Below, one piece after another: positions 36,471 to 45,149 of a stretch of DNA of 64,000 nt. This DNA is from Planctomycetota bacterium (GTDB lineage Bacteria; Planctomycetota; SZUA-567; H5-PLA8), in contig JBBRPR010000012.1 in the NCBI GenBank assembly GCA_038227875.1, forward strand, positions 125,619-189,618. Direction: 5' to 3'. A program made the position numbers and the translations under genes. Numbering within the stretch: the stretch's first letter is position 1; every line of letters starts with the position of its first letter. Under the pieces are notes generated by a model. The model did no database searches. It saw only the letters and a list, made by a program, of their open reading frames with translations, and was not told the origin of the DNA.

Positions 36471-37211
36471 TTAAACAACTTCGTTTCCAATCCGTCCAAT
36501 TTTGATGTTCAAATTCTTTCGTTCTTCCAGCCGGTCGACCTTGCCATCGCGGATCCAGAGGATGCGGTCGGAGACGTCGAGCATTTTCATGTCGTGGGTC
36601 GCGGAGATGATCGTGATTCCTTCAGTCTGCTTTAATTCGAGCAGCAGCTTGATCATTTCCTCGCCGGTCTTCACGTCCAGATTCGCGGTCGGTTCGTCGG
36701 CCAGGATGATCACCGGATCGTTGGCGATGGCGCGGGCGACGGCGACGCGCTGCTGCTGTCCGCCGGACATTTCGTACGGCCGGTGAAAGATGCGTTCACC
36801 CAGTCCGACGCGGGTGAGAATCTTCGCCGCCTTTTCGCGCGCGTCGTCGGCAGCGGTGCCGGCGAAAATCATCGGCAACATTACATTTTCCAAGGCCGTG
36901 AGCACCGGCAAAATATTGTACGATTGAAAGATGTAGCCGATCTTGTGGCAGCGCATCCACGCCAACTCGTACGAATCGAGCTGTGCCACGTCGATTTCAT
37001 CGATGAACACCATTCCCGATGTCGGCGAATCGATGCCGCCGATCATGTTGAACAACGTCGACTTCCCCGAGCCCGACGGCCCCATGATCGAGAGATACTC
37101 GCCGCGGTACACGTCGAGAGAAACGCCGTCGAGCGCCTTGATGACTTCGTCACCTTGCGCATAGACGCGTTTCACGTCGAGAGCTCGAATGACGATGTCC
37201 CGTGTGTCCAT
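36471..37211 (-). CDS. MacB/LolD-family ABC ATP-binding protein
   Basis: GPSGSGKST, GYIFQSYNI, MSGGQQQR, LADEPTANLD, ATHD; close paralog of 24631-25371. Confidence 0.95.
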   Translation of the reverse strand: MDTRDIVIRALDVKRVYAQGDEVIKALDGVSLDVYRGEYLSIMGPSGSGKSTLFNMIGGIDSPTSGMVFIDEIDVAQLDSYELAWMRCHKIGYIFQSYNILPVLTALENVMLPMIFAGTAADDAREKAAKILTRVGLGERIFHRPYEMSGGQQQRVAVARAIANDPVIILADEPTANLDVKTGEEMIKLLLELKQTEGITIISATHDMKMLDVSDRILWIRDGKVDRLEERKNLNIKIGRIGNEVV

Positions 37212-37377
37212 GCAGTGAGCAGCCCGTTGAAAGTCTATTCCGCCAGATTTTTCCGAGAAACGCCTGGCAGTAAAGGCGTTTCGCGGCGGGTCAGGGTTTA
37301 TCAACGGGCTGTTACGCCCGGCCTGAAAATGAGGATTGCTATGAATACACCGAGCTGCGCCTGTGCGCTACCACAGG

Positions 37378-37402
37378 TGGGACAATTTCTTTGGGACAAT
37401 TT
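37378..37402. promoter_or_regulatory. 11-bp direct repeat upstream of the ABC/RRE cluster
   Basis: TGGGACAATTT at 37378-37388 and 37392-37402. Confidence 0.45.
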
Positions 37403-37440
37403 AAGGAGTGCCGCGAACGAGACGGCCTGTCAGGCTTGGA

Positions 37441-37833
37441 CTATTCCACCGCCGGTTCGCCAGAGAGCGCGTTTGCGGGTACGGGAACGGGCCGGGACTG
37501 CGTCATCCGCCGGGCTTCGATGGCCTTTCGTCCGTAGCTGGAATCCAGATACAAATTGTAGGCGGAGACGATGAACGGGAAGAGATTCTGAATAACGCCG
37601 ACCATGTCCTGCTTGGTGCTGAAGACGAAATACGCCAGCGTTGTGATGCTGCCCACGAGGCTCATGACCCAGAACAGGCGCGGAGTAATCGGCTTTCCGG
37701 CTTTGCGGGAGTAATAGGCCTGCACGAACCAGCGCGACGCAAAGAACAGCGCGCCGATCATGCCGATAATTTTCCACGGAGTTACAACGACAGGCGAGCC
37801 GAAGAGCAGTCCTTCGTAGATATGCGAATTCAT
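37441..37833 (-). CDS. Lipid-A-disaccharide synthase N-terminal (LAB_N)-like membrane protein
   Basis: WKIIGMIGALFFASRWFVQAYYS....PRLFWVMSLVGS...LAYF....D.VG; follows a GT2 gene. Confidence 0.85.
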   Translation of the reverse strand: MNSHIYEGLLFGSPVVVTPWKIIGMIGALFFASRWFVQAYYSRKAGKPITPRLFWVMSLVGSITTLAYFVFSTKQDMVGVIQNLFPFIVSAYNLYLDSSYGRKAIEARRMTQSRPVPVPANALSGEPAVE

Positions 37834-37874
37834 CACCCCTCCGAGATGCTCCGGTTGTCCGGCGCAGGGTAGAT

Positions 37875-38615
37875 TTATAATTCTTCGCACTCATATTGCA
37901 AGCCACGACTTTGCATCCAGCGCACCGCAAATGCATCCCGCAAGGCCACAAACGTGCGCCCGAAACCGCTGCCGTATTTTGGCGTGCCTCCCGCACGGGG
38001 TCGGTGGTTGACGTCGACTTCGACCACTGTACCGCCCTGCATCCGCACCAGCGTGGTAAAAAAGCGATGCATCCCGCGGAAAAGCTTCATTCGCTTTGCG
38101 TACTCGCTGCGAAACGCTTTGAGGCTGCAGCCGGTATCTCGGACGGGATCGCCGGTGATCCAGATGCGCACGCGATTGGCAATGCGCGATTGAATGCGCC
38201 GGAAGAATGTGTCTTTCCGCCTGGCGCGCCGTCCGGCGGCGCAGGCGGGCTTATCTGGATTTTCCAGCGCGGAAATCAGCAGGCCGATGTCGGCGGGATC
38301 GTTTTGTAGGTCTGCATCGATCAAGACAATGTACGTTCCGCGCGCCGCGCGGATACCCGCTTCGAACGCGCCGGACTGGCCCTGATTTTTCAGCAAGCGG
38401 ACGATGCGCAGCGAAGGATACTGCTTCTTCAACTCCTGGAGGAGTTCGCGCGTGCCGTCGGTAGAACAATCATCCGCGCAAATAATTTCGAACGGTCGCT
38501 TGAGCTTGGTCAGTTCGCAGGCGGCTTCCTTAACGAATTCCGCGATGCATTCTTTCTCGTTGTAAACGGGCGCGATGAGCGAGATGTGGGGGTGTGTTGC
38601 GCTATCCAATGCCAT
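37875..38615 (-). CDS. Glycosyltransferase family 2 (polyprenol-phosphate glycosyltransferase, DPM1/ArnC-like)
   Basis: PVYNE, DDCSTDGT, NQGQSGA, DADLQNDP, DTGCSLK, GMHRF, HRPR. Confidence 0.93.
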   Translation of the reverse strand: MALDSATHPHISLIAPVYNEKECIAEFVKEAACELTKLKRPFEIICADDCSTDGTRELLQELKKQYPSLRIVRLLKNQGQSGAFEAGIRAARGTYIVLIDADLQNDPADIGLLISALENPDKPACAAGRRARRKDTFFRRIQSRIANRVRIWITGDPVRDTGCSLKAFRSEYAKRMKLFRGMHRFFTTLVRMQGGTVVEVDVNHRPRAGGTPKYGSGFGRTFVALRDAFAVRWMQSRGLQYECEEL

Positions 38616-38737
38616 CCACTTCCGCTTGGGAAATCTGAAACCTCGCGATGAACCGTGTTACAGACGCGGTTGTCGCGGCGGAAGAATAGTTTAAGCGAAT
38701 TGGATGGTCAAATTCAGATACAGGAACAGAGCGTTTT

Positions 38738-38944
38738 TTAATGGACCGGATGAGCCAGGACTTCGCGAATACGCGCTTCTTCGGCCAGGATCTCAGGAGT
38801 AATGTCCTGAGTGTCAGAGGCAAAGGAGGGTGGAATCATTTTGATGCCGAGCGCGACGAAGCCAAGACGCGCCGCATTTTGCCGTTCCTGCTCAGGCATT
38901 TTGGCCAGTACTTCCGCAGCCTTAAGTTCATGCTCGTTTAACAC
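38738..38944 (-). CDS. Small hypothetical protein (68 aa)
   Basis: Strong GAGGTGA Shine-Dalgarno just before the GTG; helical, protein-like composition. Confidence 0.5.
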   Translation of the reverse strand: MLNEHELKAAEVLAKMPEQERQNAARLGFVALGIKMIPPSFASDTQDITPEILAEEARIREVLAHPVH

Positions 38945-39176
38945 GGTTCACCTCACCCAGATGCAACTCACAAGTAATAATAAAGCGCATTGTGCAAAGA
39001 GCAATTCAAATCTGACACTCCCGGAAACTTATTCGGCTCACGTCGGAAAAAATTGAGCGTTTTCAGCACCAAACTTGCAACTTTCCGGAAATCTTAGGGT
39101 TCACATTCCCAACATCAAAAAGTTGAAACTTGACCATGCACATATGCAGTGCACACAGGTCAGCGCCCTGTGAAAT

Positions 39177-39191
39177 TGGTCTTCGATTTGC
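39177..39191 (+). promoter_or_regulatory. Candidate sigma54 (-24/-12) promoter of the pilin gene
   Basis: TGG-tcttcgat-TTGC with GG-N10-GC spacing, 72 bp upstream of the pilin ATG. Confidence 0.4.
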
Positions 39192-39262
39192 CATAAAATG
39201 CTTTTTATCGGCGGGAGGTAAAAAACTGTCAGTCTCCAATTTTTGGAGGGAAAGGAGTTCGG

Positions 39263-39823
39263 ATGAAAGCAAGAGGATTTACATTGATTGAGCTGATGAT
39301 TGTAGTCGCGATCATCGCCATCATCGCAGCCATCGCCATCCCCAGCTTGCTGAGGTCGCGCATGGCCGCCAACGAAACGGCAGCTGCTGCTGCGTGCAAG
39401 GCGTTCGCAGAAGCCGAGGAAATTTATCATCGAACAGATTATACAAAGTCTGCAGTCCTACAGTATTCGCAGAATCTGTCAGGTGTGAACAGTCTGCTCG
39501 GCGTCAGCGGTGAGTTGGCGTTGATCGACAAGACGTTCGCCACGGCAGAAGGCCCAGCCACCTCGGCGACTCCGAAGGCCGGCTATGTCTTCACCATTAT
39601 GACATCGCAGGGCCCTGCCGCCACCGGCGGTTCTCGCAACTATGTCGTAAATTCGTTCATGACGTTGGGCTATGCCTGCAATGCTGTTCCAGGCGCATGG
39701 GACAGCACGGGTCGCGACCAGTTCATCATCAACAACAACGGTACGATCTTCCAGCAGGACACGGGTAATTCCACGCTATTGTCACTGTTCAATCCCGATA
39801 CGAACTGGGTTCCGACGCAGTGA
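39263..39823 (+). CDS. Type IV pilin with prepilin N-methylation site (DUF2950-like C-terminus)
   Basis: G/FTLIELMIVVAIIAIIAAIAIP; PKAGYVF, GYACNAVP..WDSTGRDQFIINNNGTIFQQD; AAGGAG RBS. Confidence 0.92.
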   Translation: MKARGFTLIELMIVVAIIAIIAAIAIPSLLRSRMAANETAAAAACKAFAEAEEIYHRTDYTKSAVLQYSQNLSGVNSLLGVSGELALIDKTFATAEGPATSATPKAGYVFTIMTSQGPAATGGSRNYVVNSFMTLGYACNAVPGAWDSTGRDQFIINNNGTIFQQDTGNSTLLSLFNPDTNWVPTQ

Positions 39824-39852
39824 TTTCCAACACACTGTGGATCTAATCTACG

Positions 39853-39886
39853 AAAAGGGCGGGCCCTATGGGGGCCTGCCTTTTTT
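39853..39886 (+). terminator. Rho-independent terminator of the pilin gene
   Basis: AAAAGGGCGGGCCC-tatgg-GGGCCTGCC-TTTTTT. Confidence 0.85.
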
Positions 39887-40013
39887 ATGCCGTATAAAAT
39901 TTGTCAGAAAATTGCCAAAAAGTGGCAATAGTGTCCGATTAATAACGTGTGCAATTGGCTATGCTTTCCATGACGACGATTGAAAAATACCGACCGAATG
40001 AAAAGGGTTCTCG

Positions 40014-40655
40014 ATGAGCGGAATAGATCGCACAACCTGGGCACAAGTTCAAGCATTGCAAGAGATCGGGCGTTTATTCTATCAGCGCGGATGGTCGGTG
40101 GGCACCAGCAGCAACTACAGCATCGTTCTCGATCGCAATCCCTTGCGCTTGCTGCTTACGGCCAGTGGCAAGGACAAAGGGCGGCTCACACCCGCGGACT
40201 TTGTCGTGGTGGACGAATGGGGCCGCGCGGTGGAAAGCACAGACCCGAAGCCCTCCGCCGAAACGCTGCTGCATGTCGCCGCCGCGCAGCAGACGCAGGC
40301 CAATGCCATTTTGCATACGCATTCGATTTGGGCGACGTTGCTCTCGGATCTCTACATTAGCAACGGCGCCGTGGAATTCGAAGGCTACGAGATGCTCAAA
40401 GGCCTCAGCGGCATCACCACTCACGAAACGCATTACCGTCTTGAGATTGTCGAGAACACCCAGGACATCGCTGCGATGGCCCGCGAAATTGTGCCGCGCT
40501 TCAATGCCGCCGAACGGCCGCTCCGCCACGGTTTCCTGATTCGCCGTCATGGGCTGTACACGTGGGGCCGCGACATCGACGAAGCCCGCCGGCACATCGA
40601 AATTCTGGAGTTCTTGCTTGAAGTCAAGGGCCGGGCTCTAAGCTTATCCAAGTAA
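40014..40655 (+). CDS. mtnB: Methylthioribulose-1-phosphate dehydratase
   Basis: GWSVGTSSNYS, TASGKDKG, PSAETLLH, LHTHS, GYEMLKGL, HGLYTWG. Confidence 0.93.
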   Translation: MSGIDRTTWAQVQALQEIGRLFYQRGWSVGTSSNYSIVLDRNPLRLLLTASGKDKGRLTPADFVVVDEWGRAVESTDPKPSAETLLHVAAAQQTQANAILHTHSIWATLLSDLYISNGAVEFEGYEMLKGLSGITTHETHYRLEIVENTQDIAAMAREIVPRFNAAERPLRHGFLIRRHGLYTWGRDIDEARRHIEILEFLLEVKGRALSLSK

Positions 40656-40675
40656 ACGATGGAGAGGATTCGCGT

Positions 40676-41257
40676 ATGGCCTGCGTGACGATTCCCGAAA
40701 AAAAATGGCGCATCGATGGCGCCGGTGAAATCGAGGCGTTCCTGAAGCCGTTCGGCATCTGGTACGAACGCTGGAATGTGGAGCGCGGCGTGGGCCCGAA
40801 CGCTCCGCGGAATGCGATTCTCGCCGCGTACGCTCCGGAGATCGAAGTACTCAAAAAGCGCGGTGGCTATGTCACCGCGGATGTCATTGATGTTACGCCC
40901 GAACTGCCGGGTATCGAAGCGATGCTCAATAAATTCAACAAAGAACACACGCATGCCGAAGACGAAGTTCGCTTTATCGTGAAGGGCAGCGGCATCTTTC
41001 ACATTCATCCGCAGAGCGGCCCGGTCTTTGGCATTCAGTTGGAAGCCGGCGACATGATTAACGTTCCCGCGGGTACGCGGCACTGGTTCGATCTGTGTGC
41101 AACGCGAACCATTCGCGCGATCCGGCTGTTTCGAGAGGCGTCCGGCTGGACGCCGGTTTACGTCGACGGCGGCGTGCACGGCCAATTTGAGCCGGTCTGT
41201 TTTGGTCCGCAGAACATAAACGGTGGCGGCGTAAAACTGGAGAGCGGACTGAAGTAG
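40676..41257 (+). CDS. mtnD: Acireductone dioxygenase
   Basis: EHTHAEDEVRF, VPAGTRHWF, AIRLF...GW. Confidence 0.92.
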   Translation: MACVTIPEKKWRIDGAGEIEAFLKPFGIWYERWNVERGVGPNAPRNAILAAYAPEIEVLKKRGGYVTADVIDVTPELPGIEAMLNKFNKEHTHAEDEVRFIVKGSGIFHIHPQSGPVFGIQLEAGDMINVPAGTRHWFDLCATRTIRAIRLFREASGWTPVYVDGGVHGQFEPVCFGPQNINGGGVKLESGLK

Positions 41258-41263
41258 TTTGCG

Positions 41264-42439
41264 TCAACCGTCCGCGCGTTTGGTGGCGTTGGCATCGGGG
41301 CTCAACAGGCCCTGCGTGCGGCTTTTCACGGGCGCGAGCGCAGGCAGATCGTTGCTCGGAGCGTTCAGATAGAAGTACGCCGCGCTCGACCAGTCGTCCT
41401 GCCGCCAGAAGTTCACCCAGCCATCGGCAAGGGTGTCGACACTCACTGGAACTTTGTTTTGGAGCAGACGCACGAACGGCTGTGTCTTGTCCACCGGATC
41501 GCTGCTGACCGGAATCAGTGGCAGACCTTTGGCGAGACATTCCTGCACTGACTTTTTGTTTGTGCCGCCGATGGTCTGAATGCCGACGGCGCACGCGTCG
41601 TCGAAATAGATCGGGTCGTCGAGATGATAACGATAAAACGCCCACTGGCCGTATTGCGTGTCTGAGATCGGGCAGCCCTGCGTCCGGTTGGCAAACTTGC
41701 CGAGCCCCCACGCAGTGCCGATGTAATCTTCCGCGCCGGTCCCGCAGAGCGTCGGGTGTTCATCGTTGCCGAACCACGCTTTGACTTCGCCTTCGCCCCA
41801 CCACGCCTCGCCGTAGACGGGATTGCGAATGATTCCGACATTCGTGCCGAGGAAACGGCCTTGTCCGGTCACCTTCGGCAGGATCATGTAGTCGCGACCG
41901 AGAACGTTCGGCGATTCCCGACGCCAGTGGGTGTGAAAATACAACGCGGCATCGCTGTGAGAGACGTCCATCAGCAGATTGATGTCGTAGAAAAGATGCG
42001 GCAGAAGTTTCGACGATTCGTTGGTGAGCGTCATGCGCGCGCTTGTCCGAAACGGCATCGGAATGAAGCAATTGAAACTGCGACCTTCGGGATCCGAAAA
42101 CAATTGGCATTCAAAAACCGTCCGCTGGCCGAGACCGATGCCGAAAAAATCGCCCAGCGGACAGGAGACGGCGGGTGTGGCGGCGCCGTCCCAGTATATA
42201 TCCAATCGCAAGCTCCGCAGCATTTCGGGACTGCGGTCGGTGACCGTCAGCCAAATACGCCGGATCTCGCCACTGCCGGCGATGTTCAGCAATTCTTTTG
42301 TTTCGCCAGCCTGAACGCGGTCGAAAGCGAAACCTTTCGCGCCCTGATTGGTCAGCCCTTCCACGGCGCGACCTCCGCAGCTGTTTTCAAAGCTGACCCA
42401 GCGTGTTTTTCCGTGCGCAGGTTTGTCGTAGAGGTTCAT
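41264..42439 (-). CDS. DUF2961 / glycoside hydrolase family 172 protein
   Basis: SFEN, GEIRRIWLT, YWDG, PLGDFFG, NCFIPMPF, WWGEGE, GTGAEDY, YRYHLDDPIYF; start at MNLYDKP. Confidence 0.9.
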   Translation of the reverse strand: MNLYDKPAHGKTRWVSFENSCGGRAVEGLTNQGAKGFAFDRVQAGETKELLNIAGSGEIRRIWLTVTDRSPEMLRSLRLDIYWDGAATPAVSCPLGDFFGIGLGQRTVFECQLFSDPEGRSFNCFIPMPFRTSARMTLTNESSKLLPHLFYDINLLMDVSHSDAALYFHTHWRRESPNVLGRDYMILPKVTGQGRFLGTNVGIIRNPVYGEAWWGEGEVKAWFGNDEHPTLCGTGAEDYIGTAWGLGKFANRTQGCPISDTQYGQWAFYRYHLDDPIYFDDACAVGIQTIGGTNKKSVQECLAKGLPLIPVSSDPVDKTQPFVRLLQNKVPVSVDTLADGWVNFWRQDDWSSAAYFYLNAPSNDLPALAPVKSRTQGLLSPDANATKRADG

Positions 42440-42630
42440 GGCGTGAATTCCAATCGAGTTCAACCCTAGCGGGCGTCGGTATAAATTTATCCGGAGGTCA
42501 AAATGACAAGTTGCAGTATTGAAAATTCGGGCCTGTATCACCGGTGTGAGCATATTGCAACTTTGCAGTATGCTACCCTGGAACGAATTCGTGACAGGGT
42601 CCGCCAAGAGCTACGAGCCGACAGCCGCCA

Positions 42631-44277
42631 CTACAGCCACTTCACAAAGAACTTCTCCGCCAGATCGACATGGAATTGATGGGCGAGCTCGAACACCTCC
42701 ACGTCGAGCCGCTCCGCCACGCCCGCCGCGACGTACGCTCGTTTCGCGTCCTCGGCGATGCTGCGGAAGCGGATGATGTTGAACGTGGAATCCAAGCGCC
42801 CCTGTCCAAGCAGCAGCGGTCGCGGTGCGATTAGGCTTAGGACTTCGCCCACATCTCCGGTTGGATAGAGTCCCGGCACGATCTGCAGTCCGCAGCCGTC
42901 CTCCAGCGCGTAGTCCTCGTAGCGGCACATGCCGCACATCACACAGATAGCCTTGAAGCGGTCGTCGAAAGCGCCGGCCAGGTACGAGAGCGTTCCGCCG
43001 CCCGAAAGTCCGCCGAGTCCCAAGCGCTTGGCGTCGACTTCCGGCAGCGAACTCACGTACGCGTGCATGCGGTGGAGATCGGCGAGGTGCAGGCGCGGCA
43101 GCGTGAAGCCCATCGAGAGCGCGCGCCAGCCGGCCACGTTGCAGGGATCTTCGCGCCCGTTGTAATCGCGGCGTTCGCAGAAGCCGCGTTCGCACATCAT
43201 TGATGTGACGAACCCGCGCTGCGCCAGAGCTTCGGCGTAATTTTCGAAATGTTGAGTCGGACCGACGTGTCGCGTCGGTCCCGTCGGCTTGTACGTGCCG
43301 GCGAGGACATCGAACTGGCGTTCGTGCCCGTGCGCGAGCACCACCGTGCGGCCGTTACGACGAGACTTTTCCGGAATCAGCACAAACAGCGGCAATACCG
43401 CATCGCCCTCGCACGGCAGATGGATGCGCCGCTTGACGTAGCCGTCGCATTGAACTTCCGCGACGATTTCCGGTGCGCCGCCAGTGGTGGGTGGATCGAC
43501 GCCGAGGCAGCGGTGGTAATGCGCCCCGAACGATTCCTGCCAGCGCGCGAGCTCCTCGCGCGTGGTCCCGGTGAAGGGCGCCTGGATCTTAAGTTGTTTG
43601 GCGTGTCGGCGCATTTGAGCGAACGTGGAAATTGCGAGTGTCTTGGGTACCGGACGTTGCGCGATGCTTTGGAGCGTTCGCACGGCGTCGGGATTCTTCG
43701 GCGTACTCAGGCGCGCGATCACGCCGTCGCGGTCGAGCTGGAAGAGGAAGCTGTTGACGCCTTTTTTCAGTGCGACGGGAACGCGCTCCATGTCGGCGAT
43801 GCAGTGATGAAAACTGTGCTCTTCAAAGCAGAATTCGCCGTTGATCCACAATCTGCAGCCGTCCCAGCCGGAAAAATGGAGCTCGGCATCCATGTCTGCC
43901 GGACTTTCGACCAGCGCGAGAGTGTAATAAAGCTTCGCCCACGGATCGGGATCGACATCTTTGAGTTGGGGCTGGAGCGAGGGAAATTCGTCGCGCGCGT
44001 TCCGTAGTGAAAAGCGCGGTGACCACTCCAGCGGCACCAACTCCCAATTACAAGCCAATGCAGGCGAATCGGGAACGCTGCGGATGCCCACGCAGCCGCC
44101 GAACGCCGCAAGATGATCTTCCGTCCAGCGCGTGGAAATCTTTTTGTCGAAGAGGTTGGGGGAGGGATCGCGCTGCAGTCCGGAATCGAAAAATCCGGCC
44201 AGGTGCCAGTCGCACAGAAATCCGGGCGTGCGATCCCAGGTCAGGAGCGGTCGGTGTATGGCGTCGGTGGTAGGCAT
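42631..44277 (-). CDS. Alpha/beta hydrolase (dienelactone hydrolase/esterase-like) with N-terminal beta-sandwich domain
   Basis: AHGH, nucleophile elbow GLSGGG, LIAPRPLL, terminal HQF; N-terminal DGCRLWING..VALKKGVN domain. Confidence 0.85.
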   Translation of the reverse strand: MPTTDAIHRPLLTWDRTPGFLCDWHLAGFFDSGLQRDPSPNLFDKKISTRWTEDHLAAFGGCVGIRSVPDSPALACNWELVPLEWSPRFSLRNARDEFPSLQPQLKDVDPDPWAKLYYTLALVESPADMDAELHFSGWDGCRLWINGEFCFEEHSFHHCIADMERVPVALKKGVNSFLFQLDRDGVIARLSTPKNPDAVRTLQSIAQRPVPKTLAISTFAQMRRHAKQLKIQAPFTGTTREELARWQESFGAHYHRCLGVDPPTTGGAPEIVAEVQCDGYVKRRIHLPCEGDAVLPLFVLIPEKSRRNGRTVVLAHGHERQFDVLAGTYKPTGPTRHVGPTQHFENYAEALAQRGFVTSMMCERGFCERRDYNGREDPCNVAGWRALSMGFTLPRLHLADLHRMHAYVSSLPEVDAKRLGLGGLSGGGTLSYLAGAFDDRFKAICVMCGMCRYEDYALEDGCGLQIVPGLYPTGDVGEVLSLIAPRPLLLGQGRLDSTFNIIRFRSIAEDAKRAYVAAGVAERLDVEVFELAHQFHVDLAEKFFVKWL

Positions 44278-44327
44278 GGCGCGGTCTTACTGGATTTGGC
44301 TAGCGGGATCAAGGCGAGGGAAATAGA

Positions 44328-44352
44328 CCGCGCCGGAGACTTACCGGCGCGG
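44328..44352 (-). terminator. Hairpin downstream of 44384-44938
   Basis: CCGCGCCGG-agactta-CCGGCGCGG, followed on the minus strand by TCTATTT. Confidence 0.5.
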
Positions 44353-44383
44353 AGTTGGAGAATCTATTTTTGGACAGCTGATT

Positions 44384-44938
44384 TCAGCCTGGGCGCTTGA
44401 CGGGCTGCTTGGCGTTCTTGTCGTCGGGGGTCTTCTTCGGGTCGGGCTTGGCGGCAGCCTGTTGACCGCTGGCCTTCACCGCAGATTCCATCGCCGTGAC
44501 GACATTCGCGGCCGTAATCGTATCCTTGTTGGCCTTGCTGAAGGACTGGATCACCTTCATGTCGCTGGAGAGCACCAGCAGCACCGCGCCGCCGTTGGCC
44601 TGCGAGACCCAGTCCTTGGGGAAGCCGTTGCCTTCGCCCATCTTGTCTTTCAGCAGGAGGAAGCCGCCTTCCTTGGCTTTGACGCTTGCATCTCCAAGGA
44701 CCTTATCGCCTTCAATGGTCTGCGCGGTGACGTTGCGCTTCTCTTCGGTGTCATAGATGTAGAGCAGAATCGGTTTGTGCGCGGCCGTCGCTTGTTCGTT
44801 GGTCTTGTCCGCCCATGTCTTGATGCTCGCGCCAACGCCGGCCTTGATCGGAGCTGCGGCCGCTGCGTGTGCGGAATTAAGGGAGGCAGCCATCGCGACG
44901 ACCAGCGTGATTCCCAATAATTTCTGTGTCACTTGCAT
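44384..44938 (-). CDS. Exported thioredoxin-like-fold protein without cysteines
   Basis: Signal peptide; A..AHKPILLYIY...VLGDASV...FLLLK thioredoxin-like pattern; GGAGA RBS. Confidence 0.6.
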   Translation of the reverse strand: MQVTQKLLGITLVVAMAASLNSAHAAAAAPIKAGVGASIKTWADKTNEQATAAHKPILLYIYDTEEKRNVTAQTIEGDKVLGDASVKAKEGGFLLLKDKMGEGNGFPKDWVSQANGGAVLLVLSSDMKVIQSFSKANKDTITAANVVTAMESAVKASGQQAAAKPDPKKTPDDKNAKQPVKRPG

Positions 44939-45149
44939 GGGTGAATCTCCATAGAGTGGTCAGTAATCGCCATGACAACCGGCGGATTACTTCGATGAAG
45001 GCGCGCGTCTTAAATAATGTTTGCACAAATGCAGGATTTTTTTCGTCTAACAGACAATTGCCGTGACCGGCAGAATCAGCTGCGGAACTGCACATCACGT
45101 GGTAAGCTATTAAGTCGCTAACTGGAAGTCTTTGTGAAAGGGACCTGCC

